This document shows positions 1 through 8,135 of a stretch of DNA of 18,124 nt, piece after piece (position 1 is the stretch's first letter; every line of letters begins with the position of its first letter). This DNA is from a bacterium (GTDB taxonomy: Bacteria; Eisenbacteria; RBG-16-71-46): contig JAYWEM010000142.1 of the NCBI GenBank assembly GCA_043779265.1, forward strand, positions 1-18,124, written 5' to 3'. The notes below the pieces were generated by a model. That model saw only the letters and a program-made list of their open reading frames with translations, had not been told where the DNA came from and made no database searches. A program made the position numbers and the translations under genes.

Positions 1-1
1 G

Positions 2-949
2 GTCGTGATGAAGCCGGCGAGCGATACGCCGGCCATCGCGTGGGCATTCTTCGAGCTGCTCGAAGAAATCGGACTGCCGGCAGGCGTCGTCAACTTCGTC
101 ACCGGCGGTGGCGCGGTCGTCGGCGATGCGATCGTCCGCCACCCGAGGACGCGGTTCATCTCGTTCACGGGATCCAAGGAAGTCGGCATCGGCATCAATC
201 GCCTCGCGGCCGAGGTGCAGCCGGGACAGCTGTGGCTCAAGCGCGTCGTCGCCGAGATGGGCGGCAAGGATGGCATCGTGATCGACGACGAGGCCGATCT
301 CGATGCGGCGGCCCTCGGCGTGGCGCAGGCCGCCTTCGGATTCCAGGGCCAGAAGTGCTCGGCGTGTTCACGCGCGATCGTCGTGGATTCCGTGCACGAC
401 GCCTTCGTCGCGAAGCTCATGCCGCACGTGGCCGCCCTCGCCATCGGGGATCCGGCGGAGCATGGCAAGGCGCTCGGGCCGGTCGCCAGTGAACGCGCGA
501 TGAAGACGATCCTCGGCTACATCGAGGTCGGCAAGAAGGAGGGCAAGCTCCTCACGGGCGGCGGTCGCATCGAGGGGCAGTCCGGCTGGTTCATCCAGCC
601 CACCGTGTTCGATGACGTCGCTCCCACGGCGCGCATCGCCAGGGAGGAGATCTTCGGGCCGGTGCTCGCGATCATACGAGCGCGTGACTACGACCATGCC
701 CTCGAGATCGCCAACGACACCGAGTACGGATTGACCGGCGCCGTGTACTCGAAGAACGCGGCCAAGCTCGCGCGCGCTCGTGAGGAGTTCTTCGTCGGCA
801 ATCTCTACCTGAACCGCAAGTGCACTGGTGCCATGGTGGGCTGCCATCCGTTCGGCGGCTTCAACATGAGCGGCACCGACAGCAAGGCGGGCGGCCGCGA
901 TTATCTGCTGCTGTTCCTGCAGGGCAAGAGCATCGCCACGAAGATCTAG
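2..949 (+). CDS. pruA: L-glutamate gamma-semialdehyde (1-pyrroline-5-carboxylate) dehydrogenase, RocA/PruA type; 5'-truncated by the window edge
   Basis: ALDH motifs KPA, FTGS, EMGGK, catalytic Cys in [19 protein letters not shown]. The C-terminal [27 protein letters not shown] is typical of monofunctional P5C dehydrogenases. The frame is open to the window start. Confidence 0.92.
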   Translation, partial: [315 protein letters not shown]

Positions 950-955
950 CCCGGG

Positions 956-1303
956 CTAGGCCGCTCGCGACACGCGCTGCTGGAGGAACACGCGGAGTCC
1001 CTCGTACTCGGTCGTGAGGCGCGTCAGCATCGCCGGCGCTTCGCTCATGGTCCCCTGCTTGCCGGCGTGCTCGAGATCGAGCGCTGCGGCGGCGAAGCTC
1101 TTGCCGCCGATCGTGGCAGCGGCTCCCTTGAGCGCATGAGCTGCTGCGCCCACGGCGGCTGCATCACCCGAACCGACGCCCTGCTGCAACTTCGCCATGT
1201 CCTGCGGCGCCGACGACAGGAACTCTTCGAGGATCTCCCGCTCGAACTCGGCATCTCCGCCGGTGATGGCCTCCAACTGTTCGTGATCGAACTCGATCGA
1301 CAT
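956..1303 (-). CDS. Stand-alone Hpt (histidine phosphotransfer) domain protein
   Basis: 115 aa helical protein with the Hpt motif AAHALKGAAATIG; strong SD upstream; starts 17 bp after the hybrid kinase stop. Confidence 0.93.
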   Translation of the reverse strand: MSIEFDHEQLEAITGGDAEFEREILEEFLSSAPQDMAKLQQGVGSGDAAAVGAAAHALKGAAATIGGKSFAAAALDLEHAGKQGTMSEAPAMLTRLTTEYEGLRVFLQQRVSRAA

Positions 1304-1308
1304 GGATT

Positions 1309-1315
1309 CCTCCTC
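1309..1315 (-). promoter_or_regulatory. Shine-Dalgarno site of the Hpt gene (GAGGAGG)
   Basis: cctcctc on the + strand reads GAGGAGG on the - strand, 5 nt before the ATG at 1303. Confidence 0.8.
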
Positions 1316-1320
1316 GTGGA

Positions 1321-3555
1321 TCAGGCGGCGCGAGCGCGGCCGGGGGCATAGCCCCAGCGGTTGAGCATCTCGTGAAGTGCGGCAGGTTGAACCGGCTTCG
1401 TCAGATAGTCGTCCATGCCCGCGTCGAGGCAGCCTTCGCGGTCACCCGCCATGGCGTGCGCGGTCATGGCGATGATCGGTGTGTGGAAGCCTCGTGAGAC
1501 CTCGAGCTCGCGGATCTCGGCGGTCGCCTGGAATCCATCGAGGATCGGCATCTGCACGTCCATGAGGACGATGTCGAACTCCCCGGCGGTCCATTGCGTG
1601 ACCGCGTCGCGGCCATCGACGGCCGTGGCCACGTTCAGGCCGTGCCGCTCGAGCAACCGGCTCGCCACCTTCCGATTCACGGCATTGTCATCGACGAGCA
1701 GAACCTTGAGGTCGGTCGAAAGCGCGGGCGTCCCGGACTCGACCATCGCCACATCGGGAGTGTGCGCGCGCGCGAACCCGAGCGCCTCACGCACGCCCTG
1801 GCCGAACGACTCGAGGCGAGTCGGACGTGCGATCACGGCCTGCACCCCCATCGCCAGCAGGGCTTTCTTCTCGATCGGGTCCGCACTTGCGCTGAGCACG
1901 ACGACGTGCGCATGGAGTTCCTTGAGTCGACCCTCCATGCGCTCGAACAGCGTCTCCAGCGAGAGTCCCGGGAGGCTGCGGTCGATCAGGACGAGCGAGC
2001 AGCGGGTGCTCTCGTCGAGAAGGGTCTTGATGGCCGCTGTGGCGTCCGTCGCCTCGGACACGGTCGCGCCCCAGGCCTTGAGCCACGAGGATGCCCAAGC
2101 ACGCTCGCGCGCGCCGGGAGCGACAACGAGGACCGGGATGCGATGGAGATCCGGTGCGGAGCCGACCAGCGTCGAACGGCCATCATCGCCAAGCGGAAGA
2201 TCGAGCGAGAAGGCGAACAGGCTGCCCTCGCCCAGGCGACTCTCGAGCTCCATGCGCGAGCCCATGAGCTCGACCAACTGGCGCGAGATCGTCAGCCCGA
2301 GACCGGTGCCGCCGAATCGACGCGTCATGCTGCCGTCGGCCTGCGCGAAGCTCTCGAACACGACAGCCTGTCGTTCGGGCGCGATGCCGATGCCGGTGTC
2401 GCGAATCTCGAATCGGAGACGGGCGCGATCACCCTCTCGCCCCGTGACCCGGACCTGGAGTTCGACACTGCCCCGCTCGGTGAACTTGACGGCGTTGCCC
2501 AGCAGGTTGACCAGCACCTGCCGCAGTCGCACGGGATCGGTGATCGCCGACGAGGGCAACTCCGGGGGCAGCAGGAGTTTCAGATCGAGGCCCTTGGCCT
2601 GTGCGCGCGCGGCGAACAGATCGGTCACGCTCTCGAGTTCGGCGCGCAGGTCCACGTCGAGCGCCTCGAGCGAGAGCTTGCCCGCCTCGATCTTGGAGAG
2701 GTCGAGGACGTTGTTGAGAATGCCGAGTAGCGCCTGGGCGCTGTGGTGCGCCGTCTCGACGAAGTCTCGCTGCTCGGGCTCGAGTTCGGTGTCCTTGAGC
2801 AGTTCGAGCATCCCGAGCACGCCGTTCATCGGTGTGCGGATCTCGTGGCTGGTGTTGGCGAGGAACTCGCTCTTCATCTTGTTCGCGGTCTCCGCCTGCT
2901 CGCGAGCCAGCTCCAGCTCGACCTGGCGCTGCGCCAGGATCAGCAGGTTCGTCTCGGCGCGGACGAAGTCGCCGTAGATCTTCGTTCCGACCATGGTGAC
3001 GAAGAATGCGAAGAAGCCGACCATGCCGCCCAAAGCGCGCATGGAGGGGTCGGCGTGGATCATCAGGAAGATCGCGGCGGGCAACCCCGCGAACGCCTGG
3101 AAGGTCGTGAACAGGTCCCTGGACGGCGACAGCGAGAGCACGCCACCCGCCATGACGCCGGCGGTGGCGATCAGAGCGAACGAGGTGGGAGGGCCGAGCG
3201 CGTACTGAGTCACCACCAGGATCACCATCGCGCTCCACGTCCCGGCGCAGGCGAGCGTCAGCACGCTGAACCAGCGACGCCAGAGGGAGGGGCCGCGGGC
3301 GTAGAGATGCTCGAAACGAATCGAGAGGACGATGCGCAGTCCGGCTGCCGTGAGCAGCATCGCAGCCAGCGTCGTCATGATCACGGGGGCATCGCGGACG
3401 ACCGGAGTCAGCAGGGAGACGAGCAGCATGAGGCCCAAGTAGCCGACGCTCGCCGCAGTCGACCGCGTGGCCAGCGTGCGGTCCGAGCGGGCGCGTAGCT
3501 GCTCGCGTTGCGCCCCATCCAGAGGCGGCGATGCGGCGTCAAACGCGGAGACCAT
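1321..3555 (-). CDS. Membrane-bound hybrid sensor histidine kinase (about 6 TM, HisKA, HATPase_c, degenerate REC, canonical REC)
   Basis: H-box [16 protein letters not shown]-box [11 protein letters not shown]1 DTGIGI, F-box FESFAQAD, G2 GGTGLGL. C-terminal receiver VLLVDDN...LMDVQMP...LTKP. The start is either ATG 3555 (GAGAGG upstream) or GTG 3576. Confidence 0.93.
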   Translation of the reverse strand: MVSAFDAASPPLDGAQREQLRARSDRTLATRSTAASVGYLGLMLLVSLLTPVVRDAPVIMTTLAAMLLTAAGLRIVLSIRFEHLYARGPSLWRRWFSVLTLACAGTWSAMVILVVTQYALGPPTSFALIATAGVMAGGVLSLSPSRDLFTTFQAFAGLPAAIFLMIHADPSMRALGGMVGFFAFFVTMVGTKIYGDFVRAETNLLILAQRQVELELAREQAETANKMKSEFLANTSHEIRTPMNGVLGMLELLKDTELEPEQRDFVETAHHSAQALLGILNNVLDLSKIEAGKLSLEALDVDLRAELESVTDLFAARAQAKGLDLKLLLPPELPSSAITDPVRLRQVLVNLLGNAVKFTERGSVELQVRVTGREGDRARLRFEIRDTGIGIAPERQAVVFESFAQADGSMTRRFGGTGLGLTISRQLVELMGSRMELESRLGEGSLFAFSLDLPLGDDGRSTLVGSAPDLHRIPVLVVAPGARERAWASSWLKAWGATVSEATDATAAIKTLLDESTRCSLVLIDRSLPGLSLETLFERMEGRLKELHAHVVVLSASADPIEKKALLAMGVQAVIARPTRLESFGQGVREALGFARAHTPDVAMVESGTPALSTDLKVLLVDDNAVNRKVASRLLERHGLNVATAVDGRDAVTQWTAGEFDIVLMDVQMPILDGFQATAEIRELEVSRGFHTPIIAMTAHAMAGDREGCLDAGMDDYLTKPVQPAALHEMLNRWGYAPGRARAA

Positions 3556-3789
3556 CGGGCGGTCGTCCTCTCGCACGGGAGTGCGCAGAGCAAGGAGCAG
3601 AGAGGCGGAGGGGGCGCCGGGGGTTGGGTGTCGATTCTCATTCTCGGCATGAGACCGAGATGTCTGAAGGCGCCGATTGCCGAGCGAGGTGCGAATGGTC
3701 CCGGCGGGCGACGTCGTCGAGGCGTCACGATCGGCGTCGAGCCCGGCGCTCGGTGTCGATCCCCCCGCAGATCCCCGCGCCTGCGCGAC

Positions 3790-5634
3790 TTAGCGGCTGG
3801 GCTTCCTGGCAGGCGCCCGGCGAGTGCTCTTCACCTTCGTCGGAGCCTTTTTCGCGCGCTCGGCAGGCTTCACATTCGCCTCGGCTCGCTTCGCTGAACC
3901 GAGCCTCGTCGCGGAGCGTCCGGGCTTCGCGATCGCCGCTCGAAGCTCAGCATTCGGCAGCGCATTGAGCACGTCCGCGCTCGCCAGGCCAGCCCGCCTC
4001 GCCTGGAACACACCGAACCGCATGTTCTCCAGGTGCGACGTGGCGTGTGCATCGGTGTCGACGACGAAACGGCAGCCGCGTGACTTGGCGAGCCTCGCGT
4101 CGACCTCGGACAGGTCGAGACGGTCGGGGGAGGCGTTGATCTCCATCGCGACGCCGTTCGCGGCAGCCGCATCGGCGACCTGCTCGAGATCGAAGGGCAC
4201 GCCTTCACGCGAGCCGATCAAGCGTCCCCTCGGGTGGCCGAACGCATGGACGAGTGGGTGCGAGACGGCGGCGAGTGCCCGAGCTGTGGCCGCTTCGGGC
4301 GTCATCTCGAATCGCGAGTGGATCGAGATGATCACCCAGTCGAGCAGCGCCAACGTCTCGTCATCCAGATCCAGCGCGCCATCGCCGAGGATGTCGACCT
4401 CGATGCCGTGCAGGATGTGCAGCGACGGGAATCGCTCGCGCAGTTCCGCGATCTCACCAACCGATTGGCGAACGCGTGCCTCATCGAAGCCCCGCGCCAT
4501 CGCGAGCGCCTTGGAGTGCTCGGTGAACGCGATCGTCTCGAGGCCGCGATCGAGCGCCGCCTGCGCCATGACATCCAGGGTGTCGCGGCCGTCACTGCGG
4601 GTCGAGTGCATGTGCAGATCGGCGCGGATGTCCTCCAGCTCGATCAGTCGCGGCAACCGACCAATGCGCGCCAGCTCGATCTCGCCGAGGCCCTCGCGCA
4701 GCTCGGGCGCGATCCACGCCAGATCGAGTGCGCGATAGACCTCCTCCTCGGTGCGCGAGGCCAGCGTGCATTCACCCTTCGTGAGCCCGTACTCGTTGAG
4801 CGAGAGCCCCTTGTCCTGGGCGATCCGGCGCAGCTCGATGTTGTGCGCCTTGGAGCCCGTGAAGTAGAGGAGCGCCGCGCCGGCGCTCGCCTCGGGCACG
4901 AGCCGAAGGTCGACCTGCAGCCCGGCCTTGAGCCGCACCGAGGACTTGGTCTCGCCGCGCCCCAGCACGTCGGCCACGGAGTCATGCGAGACGAACGCCT
5001 GCATCACGGCCTCGGGCTCGCCACCGGTCACGAGCACATCGACATCGCCGATCGTCTCTCGGCGGCGGCGGAATGAACCCGCCAGCTCGACCGACGTGAC
5101 CCCCGGAATCGCGCGCACCCGCTCCGCGATCGCATGCGCGAGCGGCCAGGCCTTGGCGAGCAGCGTGCGGCCCGAGGTCTCCGCCGCGGTCGCAAGCGCC
5201 TTGAGCACGTTCTGCTCCACCTTCTCGCCGAATCCCGGGAGTTCGCGCAGCAGGCCGGCGTTGGCCGCCTTCTCGAGCGCTGCGCGATCGCGGATGCCAA
5301 GGGCCTCGAACAGCGTCTTCACGCGTTTGGGTCCCAGCCCCTGCAGTTCGGTGAAGCTCGCGACCTCATCGGGGATACGCGCGCGAAGCTCCTCGAGGAT
5401 CTCGGTGCGGCCGGTGGAAGTGAGGTCGCGGATGCGGGCGGCGAGGTCCTTGCCGATGCCTTTCAGCGCTTCGAGCCCTCCGGGCTCGGTCGCCAAGGTC
5501 GCCGCGCTCTCGGCGTGGCCCTCGATGACGCGGGCGCCCTCTCGATAGGCGCGGACGCGGAACGGATTGGCGCCGTCGATCTCGAGCAGCGTGGCGATGC
5601 GCTCGAGCGTCCGCGCGATCTCCGCGTTGGTCAT
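3790..5634 (-). CDS. polX: DNA polymerase X / PHP 3'-5' exonuclease (PolX), 614 aa
   Basis: Starts MTNAEIARTLERIA at ATG 5634, an ATGA overlap with the ligA stop. Motifs NPFRVRAY, HhH (LKGIG, LQGLG, LPGFG), GSFRR..ETIGDVD, third Asp in QVDLR, YFTGSKAHN. PHP motifs DLHMH..SDG, EH, GIEVDI, SIH, GHP, DTDAH. Confidence 0.95.
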   Translation of the reverse strand: MTNAEIARTLERIATLLEIDGANPFRVRAYREGARVIEGHAESAATLATEPGGLEALKGIGKDLAARIRDLTSTGRTEILEELRARIPDEVASFTELQGLGPKRVKTLFEALGIRDRAALEKAANAGLLRELPGFGEKVEQNVLKALATAAETSGRTLLAKAWPLAHAIAERVRAIPGVTSVELAGSFRRRRETIGDVDVLVTGGEPEAVMQAFVSHDSVADVLGRGETKSSVRLKAGLQVDLRLVPEASAGAALLYFTGSKAHNIELRRIAQDKGLSLNEYGLTKGECTLASRTEEEVYRALDLAWIAPELREGLGEIELARIGRLPRLIELEDIRADLHMHSTRSDGRDTLDVMAQAALDRGLETIAFTEHSKALAMARGFDEARVRQSVGEIAELRERFPSLHILHGIEVDILGDGALDLDDETLALLDWVIISIHSRFEMTPEAATARALAAVSHPLVHAFGHPRGRLIGSREGVPFDLEQVADAAAANGVAMEINASPDRLDLSEVDARLAKSRGCRFVVDTDAHATSHLENMRFGVFQARRAGLASADVLNALPNAELRAAIAKPGRSATRLGSAKRAEANVKPAERAKKAPTKVKSTRRAPARKPSR

Positions 5635-7667
5635 CGCAGGCCCTTCACGCGTTCGAGGAACGTGGCCTCGTCGATCACCGTGATGCCGAGTCGCTGCGCG
5701 TCCTCCAGCTTGGAGCCGGCGCCGGGGCCTGCGACGACGAGCGTCACCTGCTTGGAGATGCCGCCCGCGATCTTGGCGCCGGCTCGCTCGGCGAGGCGTT
5801 GTGCGTCGGGACGCGGCATGGTCTCGAGCCCGCCCGTGAACACGACACTCTCGCCTTCGAGCGGGCGTGGCCCCTTGGGGCGAGCGTCCGCGAGCGGCCG
5901 CACGCCCGAGGCTTCGAGTCGCCCGAGCACCTCGCGGTTGCGTGCGCTCGAGAAGAACTTCGACACGCTTGTGGCCACTTCGGGTCCGATGCCGTGGATA
6001 CTCTGGAGATCCTCGCTCGTCGCCTCGGCCAGACTCGCGAGGCCGCCGAAGTGCTCGGCCAGCAATCGGGCGACCGTGTCGCCGACGTGGTCGATGCCGA
6101 GCGCGAACAGGAAGCGATCGAGCCGCGGGCGCTTGCTCGCCTCGAGCGCGCCGGTCAGGTTCTCGATCGACTTCTCCGCGAACCCATCGAGCGAGGTCAG
6201 ATCGATCGGCGTCAAATGGTAGAGGTCGGCCAGGTCGCGCACGAGCTTCTTCTCGATCAACTGCTGCACCGTGCGGCCACCGAGGCCGGTGATGTCCATG
6301 GCGCCGCGCGAGACGAAATGCGCGATGTGCCCCTCGAGCTGAGCAGGGCAGGCGAGGCCGTTGGTGCAGAGGTGCGCCGCCCCCGATCGCTCGACCGCCG
6401 CCTCGCACACCGGGCACTCGCTCGGCAGCTCGAAGCGTTTGGTCCCCTTGGGGCGCCGATCGACGATCACCTCGATCACTTCGGGGATCACGTCGCCGGC
6501 CCGGCGCACGCGCACCCAGTCGCCGATGCGGACGTCCTTGCGATCGAGCTCATCCTGATTGTGCAGCGTCGCACGCGAGACCGTGACGCCCGAGACATCG
6601 ACCGGCTTGAGCTGCGCCACGGGCGTCAGCTTCCCGGTGCGACCGACCTGCACGACGATGTCCTGGATCTGCGTGATCTCCTCGCGCGGCGGGAACTTGA
6701 ACGCCATCGCCCAGCGCGGCGAGCGCGAGCGCATGCCGAGACGCTGCTGCGCGGCGCGGTCGTCCACCTTGAGCACGATGCCGTCCACCTCATAGATGAG
6801 CGCGTCGCGTTTCTCGCCCAGCTCGGCATGGAAGCGCACCGCCTCATCGAGCGTGGCGCACAGCCGCACATCCTTCTCGACGTGGAAGCCCCAGCCGCGA
6901 AGGGCCGCAAGCATCTCCTGCTGGCTGGCGAGCGGGTGCGCCTCGGCCTCCATCACGTCGTAAGCGTAGAGATCGAGCCGGCGCGACGCGGTGATCGCCG
7001 GGTCCAGCTGCCGCACCGTGCCGGCCGCCGAGTTGCGAGCGCTCGCGAACGGCTCCTCGTCGGCCTCGATCAGGCGCTTGTTGAGCGCCTCGAACTCGGG
7101 CAGCGGCATCAGCGCCTCGCCTCGTACCGCGATCACGCCCTTGGGCTCGCCCTGCGGGCCGTCGGCGCGAAGCCGCAGCGGCACCGCGCGGATCGTGCGC
7201 ACGTTCTCGGTGACCACCTCGCCCGTCTCGCCGTTGCCGCGCGTCGTCGCGCGCACGAAAACCCCGTCCTCGTACACCAACTCGAGGCTCAGGCCGTCGA
7301 ACTTGGGCTCCGCCATGTAGGCCACATCGCCGGCGAACAATCCCTCATCGACCCCGAGACCCTTGCGCACGCGCGCGTCGAACTCGCGGACCTCCGCTTC
7401 GGACATCAGCGAGTCGAGCGACAGCATGGGCCGCACGTGGCGCGCCTTCTTGAAGCCCTTGCGGAGTCCACCCGAGACACGCTGGGTGGGGGAGTCCGGC
7501 GTCTGCAGCTCGGGGAACTCGGTCTCGAGCGACTGCAGTTCCTTGAACAGCCTGTCGTAGGCGGCATCCGAGACCGATGGCTGGTCGAGGACGTAGTAGC
7601 GATGGTCGTGGTCGCGCAGCTCCGTGGCCAGTGCCTCGGCTCGCTTGCGCGCCTGCTCTCGCGTCAT
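5631..7667 (-). CDS. ligA: NAD-dependent DNA ligase
   Basis: Domain Ia YY..D.P.VSD..YD, adenylation motif EPKFDG, VRGE, DGIVLK, OB-fold VGRTG/RATLHN/AGDVIP, Cys4 zinc finger (CPVC..C..C), HhH repeats and C-terminal BRCT (VVFTG...GAGSK). Confidence 0.97.
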   Translation of the reverse strand: MTREQARKRAEALATELRDHDHRYYVLDQPSVSDAAYDRLFKELQSLETEFPELQTPDSPTQRVSGGLRKGFKKARHVRPMLSLDSLMSEAEVREFDARVRKGLGVDEGLFAGDVAYMAEPKFDGLSLELVYEDGVFVRATTRGNGETGEVVTENVRTIRAVPLRLRADGPQGEPKGVIAVRGEALMPLPEFEALNKRLIEADEEPFASARNSAAGTVRQLDPAITASRRLDLYAYDVMEAEAHPLASQQEMLAALRGWGFHVEKDVRLCATLDEAVRFHAELGEKRDALIYEVDGIVLKVDDRAAQQRLGMRSRSPRWAMAFKFPPREEITQIQDIVVQVGRTGKLTPVAQLKPVDVSGVTVSRATLHNQDELDRKDVRIGDWVRVRRAGDVIPEVIEVIVDRRPKGTKRFELPSECPVCEAAVERSGAAHLCTNGLACPAQLEGHIAHFVSRGAMDITGLGGRTVQQLIEKKLVRDLADLYHLTPIDLTSLDGFAEKSIENLTGALEASKRPRLDRFLFALGIDHVGDTVARLLAEHFGGLASLAEATSEDLQSIHGIGPEVATSVSKFFSSARNREVLGRLEASGVRPLADARPKGPRPLEGESVVFTGGLETMPRPDAQRLAERAGAKIAGGISKQVTLVVAGPGAGSKLEDAQRLGITVIDEATFLERVKGLR

Positions 7668-7670
7668 GGC

Positions 7671-8078
7671 TCAGCCCTGCGCGAGGGCGAGCAGGCGCTC
7701 GAAGTGGGCCGCGGTCAGCGGCATCACCGACAGGCGAGAGATGCGCACCAACTCGGTCGTCCGCAGCACGCTGTCGCTCTTGAACACCGAGAGCGGCACG
7801 GCACGGATGAGAGCGCGCAGCGGCTTCAGATCGACGACCACGCGACGCGCGTCATCCAGTTCGGGATCGGCATACGGGCCCTTGCTCACCGTGGCCAAGC
7901 CGACCGCCCGCTTCTCGCCGGCCGTGTGATAGACGACCACGGTGTCGCCCTTGAGGATGTTGCGCAGGTGAATGAGCGCCAGGGCGTTGGAAACCCCCGC
8001 CCAGACCGTGCGCTTGTCGCGCGCGAGGTCGGCATAGGAGTATTCACCGGGTTCCGTCTTGAAGAGCCACGCGGCCAT
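7671..8078 (-). CDS. EVE domain-containing protein (PUA-like, Thy1/THYN1-related)
   Basis: WLFKTEP..YSY.DL, W.GV.N, GD.V..YH, VG.A.V, Y.DP and C-terminal RLSVMP match the EVE pattern; 135 aa, single domain. Confidence 0.92.
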   Translation of the reverse strand: MAAWLFKTEPGEYSYADLARDKRTVWAGVSNALALIHLRNILKGDTVVVYHTAGEKRAVGLATVSKGPYADPELDDARRVVVDLKPLRALIRAVPLSVFKSDSVLRTTELVRISRLSVMPLTAAHFERLLALAQG

Positions 8079-8084
8079 GGCGCA

Positions 8085-8114
8085 AGGGTAGCGGCCGATT
8101 CACAGGGGCCGCAA
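8085..8114 (-). promoter_or_regulatory. Putative sigma70-type promoter giving a leaderless EVE-ligA-polX transcript
   Basis: The - strand reads TTGCGG (8114-8109)-N18-TACCCT (8090-8085)-N6-ATG (8078), with no SD before the ATG. Confidence 0.5.
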
Positions 8115-8135
8115 CCACGCCCTCGGGAGCCAGGC

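Noticed and set aside
1415..2977. Long overlapping ORFs on opposite strands or alternate frames (e.g. 1415-2977, 11551-12660, 15185-16711)
   Set aside because: They are shadow ORFs of well-supported genes, with R/S/A-biased composition and no recognisable motifs.
3604..3628. Possible G-quadruplex
   Set aside because: Only three runs of three or more G; unremarkable at this GC content.
3627..3646. Fur-box-like GAGAAT-GAGAAT on the - strand
   Set aside because: The third, inverted hexamer does not match and there is no iron-related gene context, so it is not called as a Fur site.
3751..3789. ATCCCCGCGCCTGCG resembling part of a type I-E CRISPR repeat, with a short GATCCCC duplication
   Set aside because: Single partial copy, no palindromic second arm, no spacers and no cas genes.
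5635..6417. N-terminal extension of the 875-aa PolX ORF, suggesting a fusion or a LigA-PolX frameshift product
   Set aside because: It is an Arg-rich alternate frame of ligA. PolX homology begins at ATG 5634, and LigA ends normally after BRCT.
3790..7667. Prophage or NHEJ origin for ligA-polX
   Set aside because: No integrase, phage, Ku or LigD genes, no att-like repeats, and composition matches the flanking housekeeping genes.
5799..8135. 978-aa + strand ORF 5799-8735
   Set aside because: The first ~780 codons are the stop-free antisense shadow of ligA and EVE in high-GC DNA; only 8136-8735 looks like a protein (ICMT).
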